From NCBI RefSeq assembly GCF_018398935.1, contig NZ_CP074694.1, positions 330,001-362,000 of the forward strand: 32,000 nucleotides of DNA, written 5' to 3'. This document shows positions 7,854-17,343 of this stretch, in pieces (position 1 is the stretch's first letter; every line of letters begins with the position of its first letter). Under the pieces are notes generated by a model that saw only the letters and a list, made by a program, of their open reading frames with translations, had not been told where the DNA came from and made no database searches. The translations under genes were made by a program, and so were the position numbers. Origin of the DNA: Telmatocola sphagniphila. Lineage in GTDB: Bacteria; Planctomycetota; Planctomycetia; Gemmatales; Gemmataceae.

Positions 7854-9227
7854 TTACCTCGCTGGCAAAAAGCTCCCCACATGCTCCCAGACCTTTCGGG
7901 CAACCGCATTCTCATCGAAGACCAGGGATTTTTGCTTCTGAATCGCCAGCCATTCACCACGCAGCGGGCTCTCATTCAAGAATCGATTGAAAAGGCTCGT
8001 CAGCGTCACGCCGTCGTCGAATTGAAACAATGCATCTTCAAACTCCACTAGCTCCCGATGCGCTGAGATGTCGGACAGTATCACCGGGCAATCGCAATAG
8101 AGAGCCTCGATAATCGGCAGCGAAAATCCCTCCGCCCGGGAAGGCACCACGGTCACCAGGGCGTGGTGGTAGAGCATGGCCATCTGCCCATCGCTCGTCG
8201 ACTGAGCGAAATACAGGTTTTTCAGATGACCGCCCGCTTCGGTGTAACGGTCTTGCAATTCACACAATCGCTCCGGGGAGTGATGCCCGGCGATGATCAA
8301 TCCGATGCTAACCTCGCACCGGGCATGGCTGGCCAAAACGATCTCGACGTTCTTTCGCTCGTCCTCACTGCCGATCACCAGGAAGTATTTTCTCGACGCG
8401 AAAGGGCCGGGCAGAGGCATCGAGAAGTCGATATCCTGGAATGATTCGCGCAAGCAGGCTCCCGTGACGGCCATACGATCCGAGGCGGGACCGATGATGT
8501 TTTCCAATTGAGTTGCCGCCGTTTTCGAAATCGCACAGAAACAGTCGACCATCTTCAGCCAGATCATGGAGTTGAGGTATTCGCGATGCCGCCGCGGCGT
8601 AGGGAGATAGCGGTGCGGTTCCTGCAGGGGAATGGTGTCGTAAAAGATCGCCACATGAAATAATTCGGGCTGTAGGAACATCTGGGCCAGGAATGAACAG
8701 CAATGCGTCATAGGCGAAAGGTGGAGCACCAACGCCGGTCCCACATCGAGCGGAACCCGATCCCGATATTCATCGCACAGGTGAGAGAATTCTTCTGGCA
8801 CGACGGGATAAAGAGAATCGGTCAGTCCGATGAGACGAATGGAATCGCCGAGAAATTCCTTGGCGTGACGGAGCACTCCGGCCGAATGGTAGCCGATGCC
8901 GCGATAGTTGTAGGCCGGCATTTGCAGGCAACGGACATCGACATAGATCTTTTTCGGATAGCCGCGCAGTCGCGTTGAGCCGCGAGGAGGCAAATTCTGG
9001 GCGAGCGTCAGGCCGAGAATTGTCTCATCGGAAATCTTAACCAGAGTATGCAACTCGTGGAGGCTGTACTCGACGTGCGCATTCACCTTGAGGAACTGAT
9101 GAATGGCCGGCGAAAGAAATTGGTCTCGAAGCGGACGGAGAATTGGGCGGAACATCCATTTCAATACATTTCTGACGGCGTCTCTGCCGCGCTGAAAAAT
9201 TGTCATAAGCCTGAATTTCTTGCCCAA
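7854..9227 (-). CDS. Glycosyltransferase, GT4/group-1 family
   Basis: The C-terminal VVPSRAEGFSLPIIEALYCDCPVILSDISAHRELV matches the E-G-F-x-L-P-x-x-EA motif of GT-B group-1 transferases. The start is TTG at 9227, with an alternative ATG at 9206. Confidence 0.8.
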   Translation of the reverse strand: MGKKFRLMTIFQRGRDAVRNVLKWMFRPILRPLRDQFLSPAIHQFLKVNAHVEYSLHELHTLVKISDETILGLTLAQNLPPRGSTRLRGYPKKIYVDVRCLQMPAYNYRGIGYHSAGVLRHAKEFLGDSIRLIGLTDSLYPVVPEEFSHLCDEYRDRVPLDVGPALVLHLSPMTHCCSFLAQMFLQPELFHVAIFYDTIPLQEPHRYLPTPRRHREYLNSMIWLKMVDCFCAISKTAATQLENIIGPASDRMAVTGACLRESFQDIDFSMPLPGPFASRKYFLVIGSEDERKNVEIVLASHARCEVSIGLIIAGHHSPERLCELQDRYTEAGGHLKNLYFAQSTSDGQMAMLYHHALVTVVPSRAEGFSLPIIEALYCDCPVILSDISAHRELVEFEDALFQFDDGVTLTSLFNRFLNESPLRGEWLAIQKQKSLVFDENAVARKVWEHVGSFLPAR

Positions 9228-9440
9228 GTCCTGTCGTCTGAGGAAATCATCGCGATCCAGCTTAAAGACGCAAAGCCTACATCACTAAACGTCACGAGGA
9301 GTGCGAATTGGACGCCGCTGAAAAAAAATCTTTGGAAAGATTCCAAACAGCCGGCATCGAAGCGTCGTGTCGGCGGCGGGCCATTCCACCAGCGAATTTC
9401 GTAAAAAAGCGAGAAATCAGCTCTATTCACGACACTTTCA

Positions 9441-9469
9441 TTGGGCTTGATCGCCTTCTCTCCTATAAT
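9441..9469 (+). promoter_or_regulatory. Putative sigma70-type promoter of typA
   Basis: TTGGGC (9441-9446), a 17-nt spacer, then a perfect TATAAT (9464-9469), about 37 nt upstream of the typA ATG. Confidence 0.35.
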
Positions 9470-9505
9470 ATCAATTTGCATTTTTACGCATGGAATTGCT
9501 CGAAC

Positions 9506-11350
9506 ATGGCTTTAAGTCAGCGGAATGATATTCGAAACGTGGCCGTTATTGCTCACGTTGACCACGGCAAAACGACTCTCGTCGATCAGATGCTTCGCCA
9601 ATCCGGCCTGTTTCGCTCGGAGGAACTCGACAAGCTCGTCGGCGGTCAACATGGTCTGATTATGGATTCGAACGATCAGGAACGCGAACGCGGGATCACC
9701 ATCCTGGCGAAAAACTGTGCTATTCGACTGGGCGATACCAAGGTCAATCTGATCGACACTCCGGGGCACGCCGACTTCGGGGGCGAAGTCGAGCGGATTC
9801 TGAAAATGTGCGACGGCGTATTTTTGCTGGTGGACGCCGCCGAAGGGCCGTTGCCTCAGACCCGGTTCGTGCTGAGAAAAGCGTTCGCCAATGGCTTGAA
9901 GCCGATTGTGGTCATCAACAAGATTGACCGTCCCGACGCCCGCATCGATGAAATTCACAGCATGATCTTCGATCTGTTCATCGAACTTGGGGCTAACGAC
10001 GAGCAGGCGAACTTCCCGGTGATTTACGCTTCGGGTCGCGCCGGTATCGCCACCACCGATATGAACGTTCCGCCCAAAGATTTGCGGCCGTTGTTCGACG
10101 CCATTCTGAATCACATTCCGGCGCCTATTGTGGACATGGAAGCTCCCCTGCAAATGCAGGTGGCCTCACTCCAGTACTCCGAATTTTTGGGTAAGATTGC
10201 CATCGGACGCATCTACGGGGGCAAGATCAGGAAGAATCAGCGAGTCACGGTCATCAAGCAGAAGGATTTCAGCAACTTCCCCGATACGATCGTTCAGGTG
10301 ATGGAGTTCGATCGCCTCGGCAAGCGCGAAGTCGAAGAACTGTTGGCGGGCGATATCTGTGCGGTGGTCGGCATTGATGAAGCCGATATCGGCGACACGA
10401 TTTGCGATTTCGAAAAGGCCAGTGCTCTGCCGCCGTTGACCATCGACGAACCGACTCTGGATATGCTGTTTAAGGTGAACGATTCGCCGTTCGTGGGCAA
10501 GGAAGGCAAGCCGCTGACGAGCCGCGAACTTCGCGACCGATTGGAAAAAGAACTTCAGCACAACGTCGCCTTGCGAGTGAAGCCGGGCGAACGCGAAAGC
10601 GAATTCGTCGTATCCGGTCGCGGCTTGCTGCATCTGGGCGTGCTCCTGGAAACCATGCGTCGCGAAGGTTCGGAACTGGCCGTGGGTAAGCCGCGCGTGA
10701 TTATGAAGGAAATCGAAGGCAAGAAGCACGAACCGGTCGAATATCTGGTGGTGGAAGCCCCCAGCGAACATACCGGCAGCGTGATGCGGCTGGTGTTGGA
10801 ACGGCAGGGGGAACTGGTCAAGCTCGAGTCGACGGGCAACATGTCGCACATCGAGTTCTTCATTCCCTCCCGCGGCTTGATCGGTATGAAGACCCGCATG
10901 CTCACCGCCACTCAAGGGGCGGCGATCATGCACCATAATTTCCACGAATATCGTCCCTTGAAGCAGGCGCTGCCGGGCCGACCGGCCGGTGTGCTGATCT
11001 CGCTGGAAACTGCCAAGGCCACCGGTTACGCCATCGAAGGGTTACAGGATCGCGGTTCGTTGTTCGTCGGCCCCATGGAAGAAGTCTACGAAGGGCAGAT
11101 CGTCGGCGAGCATTGCCGCGATAACGACCTCACCGTTAACGTCACCCGCGAAAAGAAGCTGACCAACATGCGAGCCGCCGGTTCGGATAAAAACGTGCCC
11201 TTAAAGCCGCCCCGAACTTTCGCTCTCGAAGCGGCCCTGGAATATATCGAAGACGATGAGCTGGTGGAATTGACGCCGAATTCGATTCGGATGCGGAAAT
11301 TCCACCTCAGAGAGAGTGACCGCAAGAAGGCCGGTCGCCGCGAAGGCTAA
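9506..11350 (+). CDS. typA: Translational GTPase TypA/BipA
   Basis: MALSQRNDIRNVAVIAHVDHGKTTLVDQML, DTPGHADFGGEVER and NKIDR are the G1, G3 and G4 motifs. The protein is colinear with BipA along its full ~614-aa length. The track ORF start at 9308 is an upstream extension. Confidence 0.95.
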   Translation: MALSQRNDIRNVAVIAHVDHGKTTLVDQMLRQSGLFRSEELDKLVGGQHGLIMDSNDQERERGITILAKNCAIRLGDTKVNLIDTPGHADFGGEVERILKMCDGVFLLVDAAEGPLPQTRFVLRKAFANGLKPIVVINKIDRPDARIDEIHSMIFDLFIELGANDEQANFPVIYASGRAGIATTDMNVPPKDLRPLFDAILNHIPAPIVDMEAPLQMQVASLQYSEFLGKIAIGRIYGGKIRKNQRVTVIKQKDFSNFPDTIVQVMEFDRLGKREVEELLAGDICAVVGIDEADIGDTICDFEKASALPPLTIDEPTLDMLFKVNDSPFVGKEGKPLTSRELRDRLEKELQHNVALRVKPGERESEFVVSGRGLLHLGVLLETMRREGSELAVGKPRVIMKEIEGKKHEPVEYLVVEAPSEHTGSVMRLVLERQGELVKLESTGNMSHIEFFIPSRGLIGMKTRMLTATQGAAIMHHNFHEYRPLKQALPGRPAGVLISLETAKATGYAIEGLQDRGSLFVGPMEEVYEGQIVGEHCRDNDLTVNVTREKKLTNMRAAGSDKNVPLKPPRTFALEAALEYIEDDELVELTPNSIRMRKFHLRESDRKKAGRREG

Positions 11351-11706
11351 TCGAGATATTCGTCTTCTTCGAGGAAAGCCGGTACGCTGAAGACGATCGT
11401 TTTGACGCCCAATTCACTTTTTAACTTATGGCGAGTCCCCGGTTCAATGTAAATCACCGAACCGGGGCGGACCTCGATCCGATCCTCATTCAATTCCATG
11501 ATTCCCGATCCTTCGAGAACGTAGTACACCTCGGTCATAATTCGATGGTAATGTCTTGCGGAATCGGTGATTAAGGGAATGTGCAGGCTGCAAGTTTTGA
11601 CATCCGGGAAAGTGAGTGGCCGAACACTCTCGCCGCAAAGGCAGGGGACGACCGGCGCGTCCTCCACATGCCGAACCAGATAGCCAGCGGACGAATTCAT
11701 TTTCAC
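11347..11706 (-). CDS. Cupin-domain protein
   Basis: HYHRIMTEVYYVLEGSGIMELNEDRIEVRPGSVIYIEPGTRHKL is a two-motif cupin_2 signature. Its 3' end overlaps the typA stop codon by 4 nt in a convergent arrangement. Confidence 0.8.
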   Translation of the reverse strand: MKMNSSAGYLVRHVEDAPVVPCLCGESVRPLTFPDVKTCSLHIPLITDSARHYHRIMTEVYYVLEGSGIMELNEDRIEVRPGSVIYIEPGTRHKLKSELGVKTIVFSVPAFLEEDEYLD

Positions 11707-11776
11707 AGCTCCGGTAAAATGCGATTTTTATCTATACTAGCGATCTAGGAATGACCGTTTAATCCAGGAGTCCAAC

Positions 11777-12643
11777 ATGAAGCCGATCTGGCTTGCCAGT
11801 TTAAGTTTCCTGCTGGTGTGCGGTTGCGATCGTCCCCTCGCCGTGGTCGCGCCAGCTCAGACATCGGGCAAAACGCAGATTTCGACTTTTTTGCCGGACG
11901 ATATGTCCAATTCGCCGCGGTTCAGTGTCCGAGGTAAGGTGATCTGGAAAGGGGAACCGCCGGTCGTGCCTAAACTGCCTGCGATATTTGGGAAAGTTGA
12001 GAAACATATTCCGCCGTTTAATCCCTTTTTCCCCAGGATTGACGAGAAGACGAAGGGACTTGCCAATGCAGTGGTCTCCATAGACCTCAGCGAGAGAGGG
12101 CGACCCGAACTGCAACCGAAGAATTTGACATTAATCGCCGAGCCGAATCGTTTTTATTTTGAGCCGGGCCGGCAGCCGATTGTCGCCACAACGCTCGGTT
12201 CGGAACTGGAAATGAAGTCGGTCTCCGATAAACCTTCGATCATCACCGCCCGCGGAGCGGCCTTCTACTCCCTGACGTTCCCTACGCCGGAAACCGTCCA
12301 TCGCAAGAAGCTCGAGCAGGCCGGGCAAGTCAACTTCTACAATTCCGGCGGGGAGTTCTCCCAGCGTTACTGCTGGGCCGGCTGCCGGGCGTATGTCTTT
12401 GATCATCCTTGGTTTGCAGTCACCGACGATCAGGGCAATTTTGAAATCAAAAACATTCCCCTCGGTAAACATGAAATCGTGGTGGATGTGGCCGATTACC
12501 GGATGGAAAAATACGAACAGGATCCGGATACGCAACTGATCACCCGCATTCTCTACAAGTCTCCCGTGCAAAAGTTGACGAAGATCTCGGTGAACAGAAA
12601 TCAGGAAGTGCAGTTCGAAGTTGGAAACGGGGATTTTCGATGA
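11777..12643 (+). CDS. Hypothetical lipoprotein/secreted protein with a C-terminal carboxypeptidase-regulatory-like beta-sandwich
   Basis: The signal peptide ends in LLVCGC. The C-terminal TDDQGNFEIKNIPLGKHEIVV is typical of CarboxypepD_reg-like folds. AGGAG precedes the ATG. Confidence 0.65.
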   Translation: MKPIWLASLSFLLVCGCDRPLAVVAPAQTSGKTQISTFLPDDMSNSPRFSVRGKVIWKGEPPVVPKLPAIFGKVEKHIPPFNPFFPRIDEKTKGLANAVVSIDLSERGRPELQPKNLTLIAEPNRFYFEPGRQPIVATTLGSELEMKSVSDKPSIITARGAAFYSLTFPTPETVHRKKLEQAGQVNFYNSGGEFSQRYCWAGCRAYVFDHPWFAVTDDQGNFEIKNIPLGKHEIVVDVADYRMEKYEQDPDTQLITRILYKSPVQKLTKISVNRNQEVQFEVGNGDFR

Positions 12644-12742
12644 TTTCGCTAATCAGCTGAAATTTTCGCTCTGGGCATAAAAAATAAGCCATACTTGGAA
12701 AGTAGACGCCGATGTCTGTTTTCCCAGTTGAGTTAATGCACC

Positions 12743-14065
12743 GTGAACACCGCCTTGAAGATCGCAGCTCTAACGCCCGCCGCCTACCGAACGAAGTATA
12801 CTCTTCCCGTCATACCCTGCACGCTGAACACCGCTAATAATTATCCCCCGGAAGAACCTAAGAAGTTCGGCCGATTCACGTTGTTGAGGATTCTCGGCAG
12901 CGGCGGTATGGGGGTGGTCTACGAAGCCTTCGATCCCGAGCGGGGCCAGAAAGTCGCTCTCAAGGTTCTGCGTCGAGGATTGCCGGAAGAGGCCAAAGGA
13001 ATTCAGAGGTTTTTACGCGAAGCCCAGGCGCTCGGAACCATCCAGCATCCGCGAGTGGTGACCATTCACGACGTCGGCATTGAAGAAGAACTTCCCTATC
13101 TTTCCATGGAACTACTGCAGGGGTGTTCGCTCGAAATTCGCATTCAGGAAGGGAAACCCTGGCCGGTCAATCAGGTGTTGCAAGTAGCCACACAACTGGC
13201 CGAGGCTCTGGATCAAATTCATGCTCAAGGATTGATTCATCGGGATCTCAAGCCGGCAAACATCTGGCTTTCGAAGCCAAATCAGGAAGTGGTACTGCTC
13301 GATTTCGGACTGGCCCGACGAATTGAAGGGCAGATGGGTCTAACGGCCTCCAGTCTGATGATCGGCACGCCTCAGTACACTTCACCGGAGAACGCCCGGG
13401 GGGATCGGATGGATGCCCGCTGCGATCTCTTTTCGCTGGGCATCATCCTTTATGAACTTTGCACCGGTCGGAAGCCTTTCGAGGGAACGACGGCCCTGGC
13501 ACTGATGGAGCAGATTACCCGCTATCATCCGCCACGGGTGAGCGTGGTCAATCCCGCCGTGCCGACACTCCTATCTAATCTGATCATGGAATTGCTGGCG
13601 AAATTTGCCAAAGATCGTCCCGAATCGGCCCGGGTGGTCGGGCAACGGCTACAGAAAATTCAGCCGAAGTCGTCCTCGCAAATCGTTCTTCCCGTAGCCC
13701 CCGAACAAACTATGAATGCCCCGGAAATACCTCCCCTTGTAGAACCAGAACCCAGTCTACCGGTCAGTCGCGGCCTCTGGCTCTGGAGCCTGGTGGCTTG
13801 CTTCCTGCTGGTGCTCGGAATTTCTTTCTTCAAGAATACTCCGACCGGCCAATTGAAGGTCGAATCGTCCTTCCCGGTGGCGGAAGTAGAAATTTGGTCG
13901 GAGAATCGCGCGGTGGCTCGGGTATTGACCGATCGTCCCATCGATTTGCCGGAGGGAAAATACAAGTTGAAGCTCCTTTTCCCGGAGGATCGGGCGAAAC
14001 TCGATTCGAACGATCTTGAAGTCGTTCCCGGGAAGGTCAATGCCATTCAAGTTGTGAAAAAATAA
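12743..14065 (+). CDS. Ser/Thr protein kinase, single-pass membrane, with a PEGA-like extracytoplasmic domain
   Basis: GSGGMGVVYEA, VALKVL, HRDLKPANIWL, DFGLA and SPE are all present. The TM segment is LWLWSLVACFLLVLGISFF. The C-terminal LPEGKYKLKLL is PEGA-like. The start is GTG. Confidence 0.9.
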   Translation: MNTALKIAALTPAAYRTKYTLPVIPCTLNTANNYPPEEPKKFGRFTLLRILGSGGMGVVYEAFDPERGQKVALKVLRRGLPEEAKGIQRFLREAQALGTIQHPRVVTIHDVGIEEELPYLSMELLQGCSLEIRIQEGKPWPVNQVLQVATQLAEALDQIHAQGLIHRDLKPANIWLSKPNQEVVLLDFGLARRIEGQMGLTASSLMIGTPQYTSPENARGDRMDARCDLFSLGIILYELCTGRKPFEGTTALALMEQITRYHPPRVSVVNPAVPTLLSNLIMELLAKFAKDRPESARVVGQRLQKIQPKSSSQIVLPVAPEQTMNAPEIPPLVEPEPSLPVSRGLWLWSLVACFLLVLGISFFKNTPTGQLKVESSFPVAEVEIWSENRAVARVLTDRPIDLPEGKYKLKLLFPEDRAKLDSNDLEVVPGKVNAIQVVKK

Positions 14066-14129
14066 TCTCCGGCCGCTTCATGTTGGCTTAAGCCTGCTCG
14101 GTTACATTTATTCCAGACAGGAGTAACCG

Positions 14130-15437
14130 ATGCGAACACGAATTCTTTTTCTGGGAATCTGGGCCGGGCTTTTCCCTCCCGCCCTGATGAGTCGGACTCA
14201 GGCGGAAGACTGGCCGCAATTCCGGGGCGTGGAAGGCCGCGCTCTGGCCGTCTCGGCGAACCCGCCGGTTTCCTGGTCCAATCAGCAAGGCGTGAAATGG
14301 AAGAAATCTCTGCCGGGTCCCGGCTCTTCCAGCCCCATCGTCATTAAAAATAATGTTCTGGTCACCTGCTATACGGGTTATGGAACCAGTTCCTCCGATT
14401 CGAACGACAGTTCCCACCTCCTGCGCGGCCTGCTCTGTCTCAATCGCGAGACGGGCGCGGAAGAATGGAAGCTGAACGTCCCTTCCACTTCCAGCGAAGA
14501 TCGTTACACCGGCTATCTTACCGAACATGGATATGCGAGCAGTACGCCGGTTTCGGATGGCGAAAACATCTATTGTTTTTTTGGAAAATCCGGAGTCGTG
14601 GCCTGCGATTTGAAGGGTAAAAAGCTCTGGCAGAGCAATGTCGGAACCGATTCCGATCCGCGCCGCTGGGGCTCCGCGGCCAGTCCGATCCTGTATAAGG
14701 ACATTGTCATTGTGAATGCCTCCAGCGAAAGTCAATCGGTCCGCGGGCTGGACAAAAAGACCGGCAAGGAAATCTGGAAAGCTCCCGCCTCCCGTCTGGC
14801 ACTCTCCTTCGGTACCCCCGCACTCGCCAAAGTTTCGGATCAGCGGACCGATCTGATCGTGGCCGCCCCCGGGGAAGTCTGGGGATTGAATCCCGATACC
14901 GGAAAATTGATCTGGTATGCCGGCGTGAGATCCGACGGCAATATCTCGCCGAGCGTTCTGGTAGGCGACGGCGTAGTTTACATTACAGGTGGCTTTACCG
15001 GTAAAGGAACCACTTGTATTCGAGTCGGAGGCAAGGGCGATGTCACCAAAACTCACATTGAATGGAGCATCAAGCAAAGCTCCTATGTGCCGACACCGCT
15101 GTTGCACAATAATCTGCTGCACTGGGTAAATGAAGAGGGAATAGCGGTTTGTGCCGATGCCAAAACGGGGAAAATTCTTTACGAAGAACGGCTCAGTCTT
15201 CAGGGCGGAGGGCGAGGGGGCAAGCCATTCTATGCGTCTCCCGTCCTGGCCCAGAATAAGATCTATGCGGTGAGTCGCAAGGCGGGAGTATTTGTCCTGG
15301 CGGGCGATTCCAAATTCGAACAGATTAGTGCGAACAAGCCTCTGGATGATACCGATTTTAATGCGACACCGGCGATTGCCGGCAATCAGTTATTTCTTCG
15401 TTCCAACAAGTTCCTTTACTGTCTTGAGTCGAAATAA
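14130..15437 (+). CDS. PQQ-like (BamB-type) beta-propeller repeat protein, secreted
   Basis: A signal peptide is followed by EDWPQFRG. There are repeated W-x-x-x-G/S...P..v...vy blades such as KLWQSNVG, EIWKAPAS and LIWYAGV. Confidence 0.85.
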   Translation: MRTRILFLGIWAGLFPPALMSRTQAEDWPQFRGVEGRALAVSANPPVSWSNQQGVKWKKSLPGPGSSSPIVIKNNVLVTCYTGYGTSSSDSNDSSHLLRGLLCLNRETGAEEWKLNVPSTSSEDRYTGYLTEHGYASSTPVSDGENIYCFFGKSGVVACDLKGKKLWQSNVGTDSDPRRWGSAASPILYKDIVIVNASSESQSVRGLDKKTGKEIWKAPASRLALSFGTPALAKVSDQRTDLIVAAPGEVWGLNPDTGKLIWYAGVRSDGNISPSVLVGDGVVYITGGFTGKGTTCIRVGGKGDVTKTHIEWSIKQSSYVPTPLLHNNLLHWVNEEGIAVCADAKTGKILYEERLSLQGGGRGGKPFYASPVLAQNKIYAVSRKAGVFVLAGDSKFEQISANKPLDDTDFNATPAIAGNQLFLRSNKFLYCLESK

Positions 15438-15447
15438 AAGGAGTACT

Positions 15448-15882
15448 ATGTTAAGGATTATTGCCGGATTACTGATCCTGAGCGTCTGCGGGGCCTGCCT
15501 GGTTTCCCAGCCACCACCCGATGGAGAAAAAGACGATAAGAAGGGGGATAAAAAAGGCGGTCCACCGCGTTATAAACTGGGCGAGTTGTTTCCGCCGCAT
15601 GTGGCGGAAGAACTGAAGCTGACTGCCGAGCAGGAAAAGAAAATCGCCGACTTGAAAGCGGAAGTGAAAGCCAAGTTGGAAAAGATTCTCACTCCCGAGC
15701 AGGTCCAGATTCTGGAAAACTTCCGGCCTGGACGACCGGGTGAGGAAGATGAAGGGAAAGAAGGTAAGGAAGGAAAAGACGACCGCAAGAAGGGACGCGG
15801 TAAAAAGGGAGACGACGGTCCACCCAAGGGCGATAAAGAGGACGGTCGCGATCGGCCGCCTGCCGAGGATGACCGAAATTAA
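15448..15882 (+). CDS. Secreted Lys/Glu-rich protein with two LTxxQ motifs (Spy/CpxP-like)
   Basis: ATG 15448 lies 10 nt after the propeller stop codon, behind AAGGAG. The signal peptide is MLRIIAGLLILSVCGAC. The motifs LTAEQEKKIADLKAEVKAKLEKILTPEQVQIL are present, with low-complexity KGD/E tails. Confidence 0.6.
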   Translation: MLRIIAGLLILSVCGACLVSQPPPDGEKDDKKGDKKGGPPRYKLGELFPPHVAEELKLTAEQEKKIADLKAEVKAKLEKILTPEQVQILENFRPGRPGEEDEGKEGKEGKDDRKKGRGKKGDDGPPKGDKEDGRDRPPAEDDRN

Positions 15883-16027
15883 AAATCTCTCAAGCCGCCG
15901 GAGCCGTGTTCCGGCGGCGGATCTGTTTCCACCCCGCTTATCGCTTTTTCCCAACTTCCCTTCTCGATTCTTCCTCTCGGACAGGAAAACTCGCCGATTC
16001 GCATGATTCTCGTAGAACAATAAGAAT

Positions 16028-17302
16028 ATGGTTTCTGATACTGAGTCTACCCCTCCCATTCCGGACGCAATGCCGGAGGGAGAAGCAGGGAGTGGTTTTC
16101 AACCCCTGAACTTAATTCGACCTCTGCTCGACGCCGTGGCTTTTGCAGGCTACGTGAATCCATCGCCTATACAGAGCGCGCTAATTCCCGTGGCTATCAC
16201 TGGCAAAGATGTCATTGGCCAGTCGCAAACCGGCACCGGGAAGACAGCGGCTTTTCTGATTCCGTTCATGAATAGCTGGCGAGGCAACGACCCGCGCTTT
16301 CCGCAAGCCCTGGTGATGACTCCCACGCGCGAATTGGCGGTACAAGTGGCCGGGGAGGCAACCAAGCTCTCTCCCAGTCGGCATTTCCGAACCGTCTGTT
16401 GCTACGGCGGGCAAAAATTCGGCCTGCAGATGGATCAGTTGCGTAAGGGCATCACGCTTCTAGTCGGTACTCCGGGACGAATATTCGATCACCTCAGCCG
16501 CGGAACGATTTCTCTGGATCACGTTCGCTATGTCGTGCTGGATGAAGCCGACCAGATGCTCGACATCGGCTTTCGACCGCAGATCGAACGGATCATGCGG
16601 AAATTGCCCAAGAAACGACAGACGCTGTTGCTATCCGCGACGATGCCGCCTCCAGTTATGAAGCTGGTGCAGCGCTACCTCGTGGAACCGGAACATATCA
16701 ATATCACCCCCGAAACGCCCACGGTCGACAAGATTACGCAGAAGTATTTCACGGTGGACGAACACAACAAGTTCGATCTGCTGTTGAAGGTTCTGGACCG
16801 CGAGAAGCCCCGGCAATGCATCATCTTCGTCGAGCGCAAGCGCAGTGCGGACCGACTTTACAAAGATCTGCAAAAGCACCTTCCGGGGGTCAACGTCACC
16901 CACGGCGATCTGGAACAGAAGAAGCGCGAACGGATTATGGCCGATTTCCGATCGGCCAAGATCACCACGCTCATTGCCACCAATGTGATGAGTCGCGGCA
17001 TCGATGTGAAGGGCATTTCGCACATCATCAACTACGATTTGCCCCAGGATCTGGAAAGTTACGTGCACCGGATCGGCCGTACGGGGCGTATGGGCCGCGA
17101 TGGCAAAGCGATCTCCTTTGTAACCCCCGAGCAGGGGAGCATGCTGACCGGCATCGAGTTGATGATCAACCGGCTGATCGAAGAAGACCACTTTGAGGAT
17201 TTCGAGGCCTGGACGCCTCGAGCCACTACCGAAGCTGAAGCTCCCAAAGCTTCAAAACCGGTATTCGGCCGCTCGAACAAGAAATATAGCAATCGACTCT
17301 AA
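16028..17302 (+). CDS. DEAD-box ATP-dependent RNA helicase
   Basis: Q motif PSPIQ, motif I QTGTGKT, Ia PTRELA, II DEAD, III SAT and VI HRIGRTGR are all present. Confidence 0.93.
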   Translation: MVSDTESTPPIPDAMPEGEAGSGFQPLNLIRPLLDAVAFAGYVNPSPIQSALIPVAITGKDVIGQSQTGTGKTAAFLIPFMNSWRGNDPRFPQALVMTPTRELAVQVAGEATKLSPSRHFRTVCCYGGQKFGLQMDQLRKGITLLVGTPGRIFDHLSRGTISLDHVRYVVLDEADQMLDIGFRPQIERIMRKLPKKRQTLLLSATMPPPVMKLVQRYLVEPEHINITPETPTVDKITQKYFTVDEHNKFDLLLKVLDREKPRQCIIFVERKRSADRLYKDLQKHLPGVNVTHGDLEQKKRERIMADFRSAKITTLIATNVMSRGIDVKGISHIINYDLPQDLESYVHRIGRTGRMGRDGKAISFVTPEQGSMLTGIELMINRLIEEDHFEDFEAWTPRATTEAEAPKASKPVFGRSNKKYSNRL

Positions 17303-17343
17303 TCCGCTTGAAATTCGTTGGGTCGGTTTGCGATTATACTTCT

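Noticed and set aside
9321-9342. A8 run followed by the hairpin AATCTT-tgga-AAGATT, which reads as hairpin plus T8 on the minus strand and so looks terminator-like
   Set aside because: The stem is only 6 bp and almost all A/T. It lies upstream of the glycosyltransferase start, with no minus-strand gene to terminate. It is probably just AT-rich promoter DNA.
9308-9505. N-terminal 66-codon extension of the typA ORF
   Set aside because: The BipA homology starts at MALSQRNDIRNVAVIAHVDHGKT. The extension contains a good TATAAT promoter candidate and reads as non-coding.
9512-10945. Long minus-strand ORFs (213 aa and 259 aa, plus smaller ones) opposite typA
   Set aside because: They lie antisense to an unmistakable full-length TypA/BipA gene. 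Their products are R/H/G/Q-rich with no motif, which is typical of shadow ORFs.
14088-15122. 344-aa minus-strand ORF
   Set aside because: It is antisense to the PQQ-like propeller, which has a signal peptide and repeated blade motifs. The composition is G/R/A-rich and no domain is recognisable.
15469-17191. Minus-strand ORFs of 196 aa and 186 aa opposite the LTxxQ gene and the DEAD-box helicase
   Set aside because: The sense strand carries all the helicase motifs and a signal-peptide protein. The antisense products are low-complexity.
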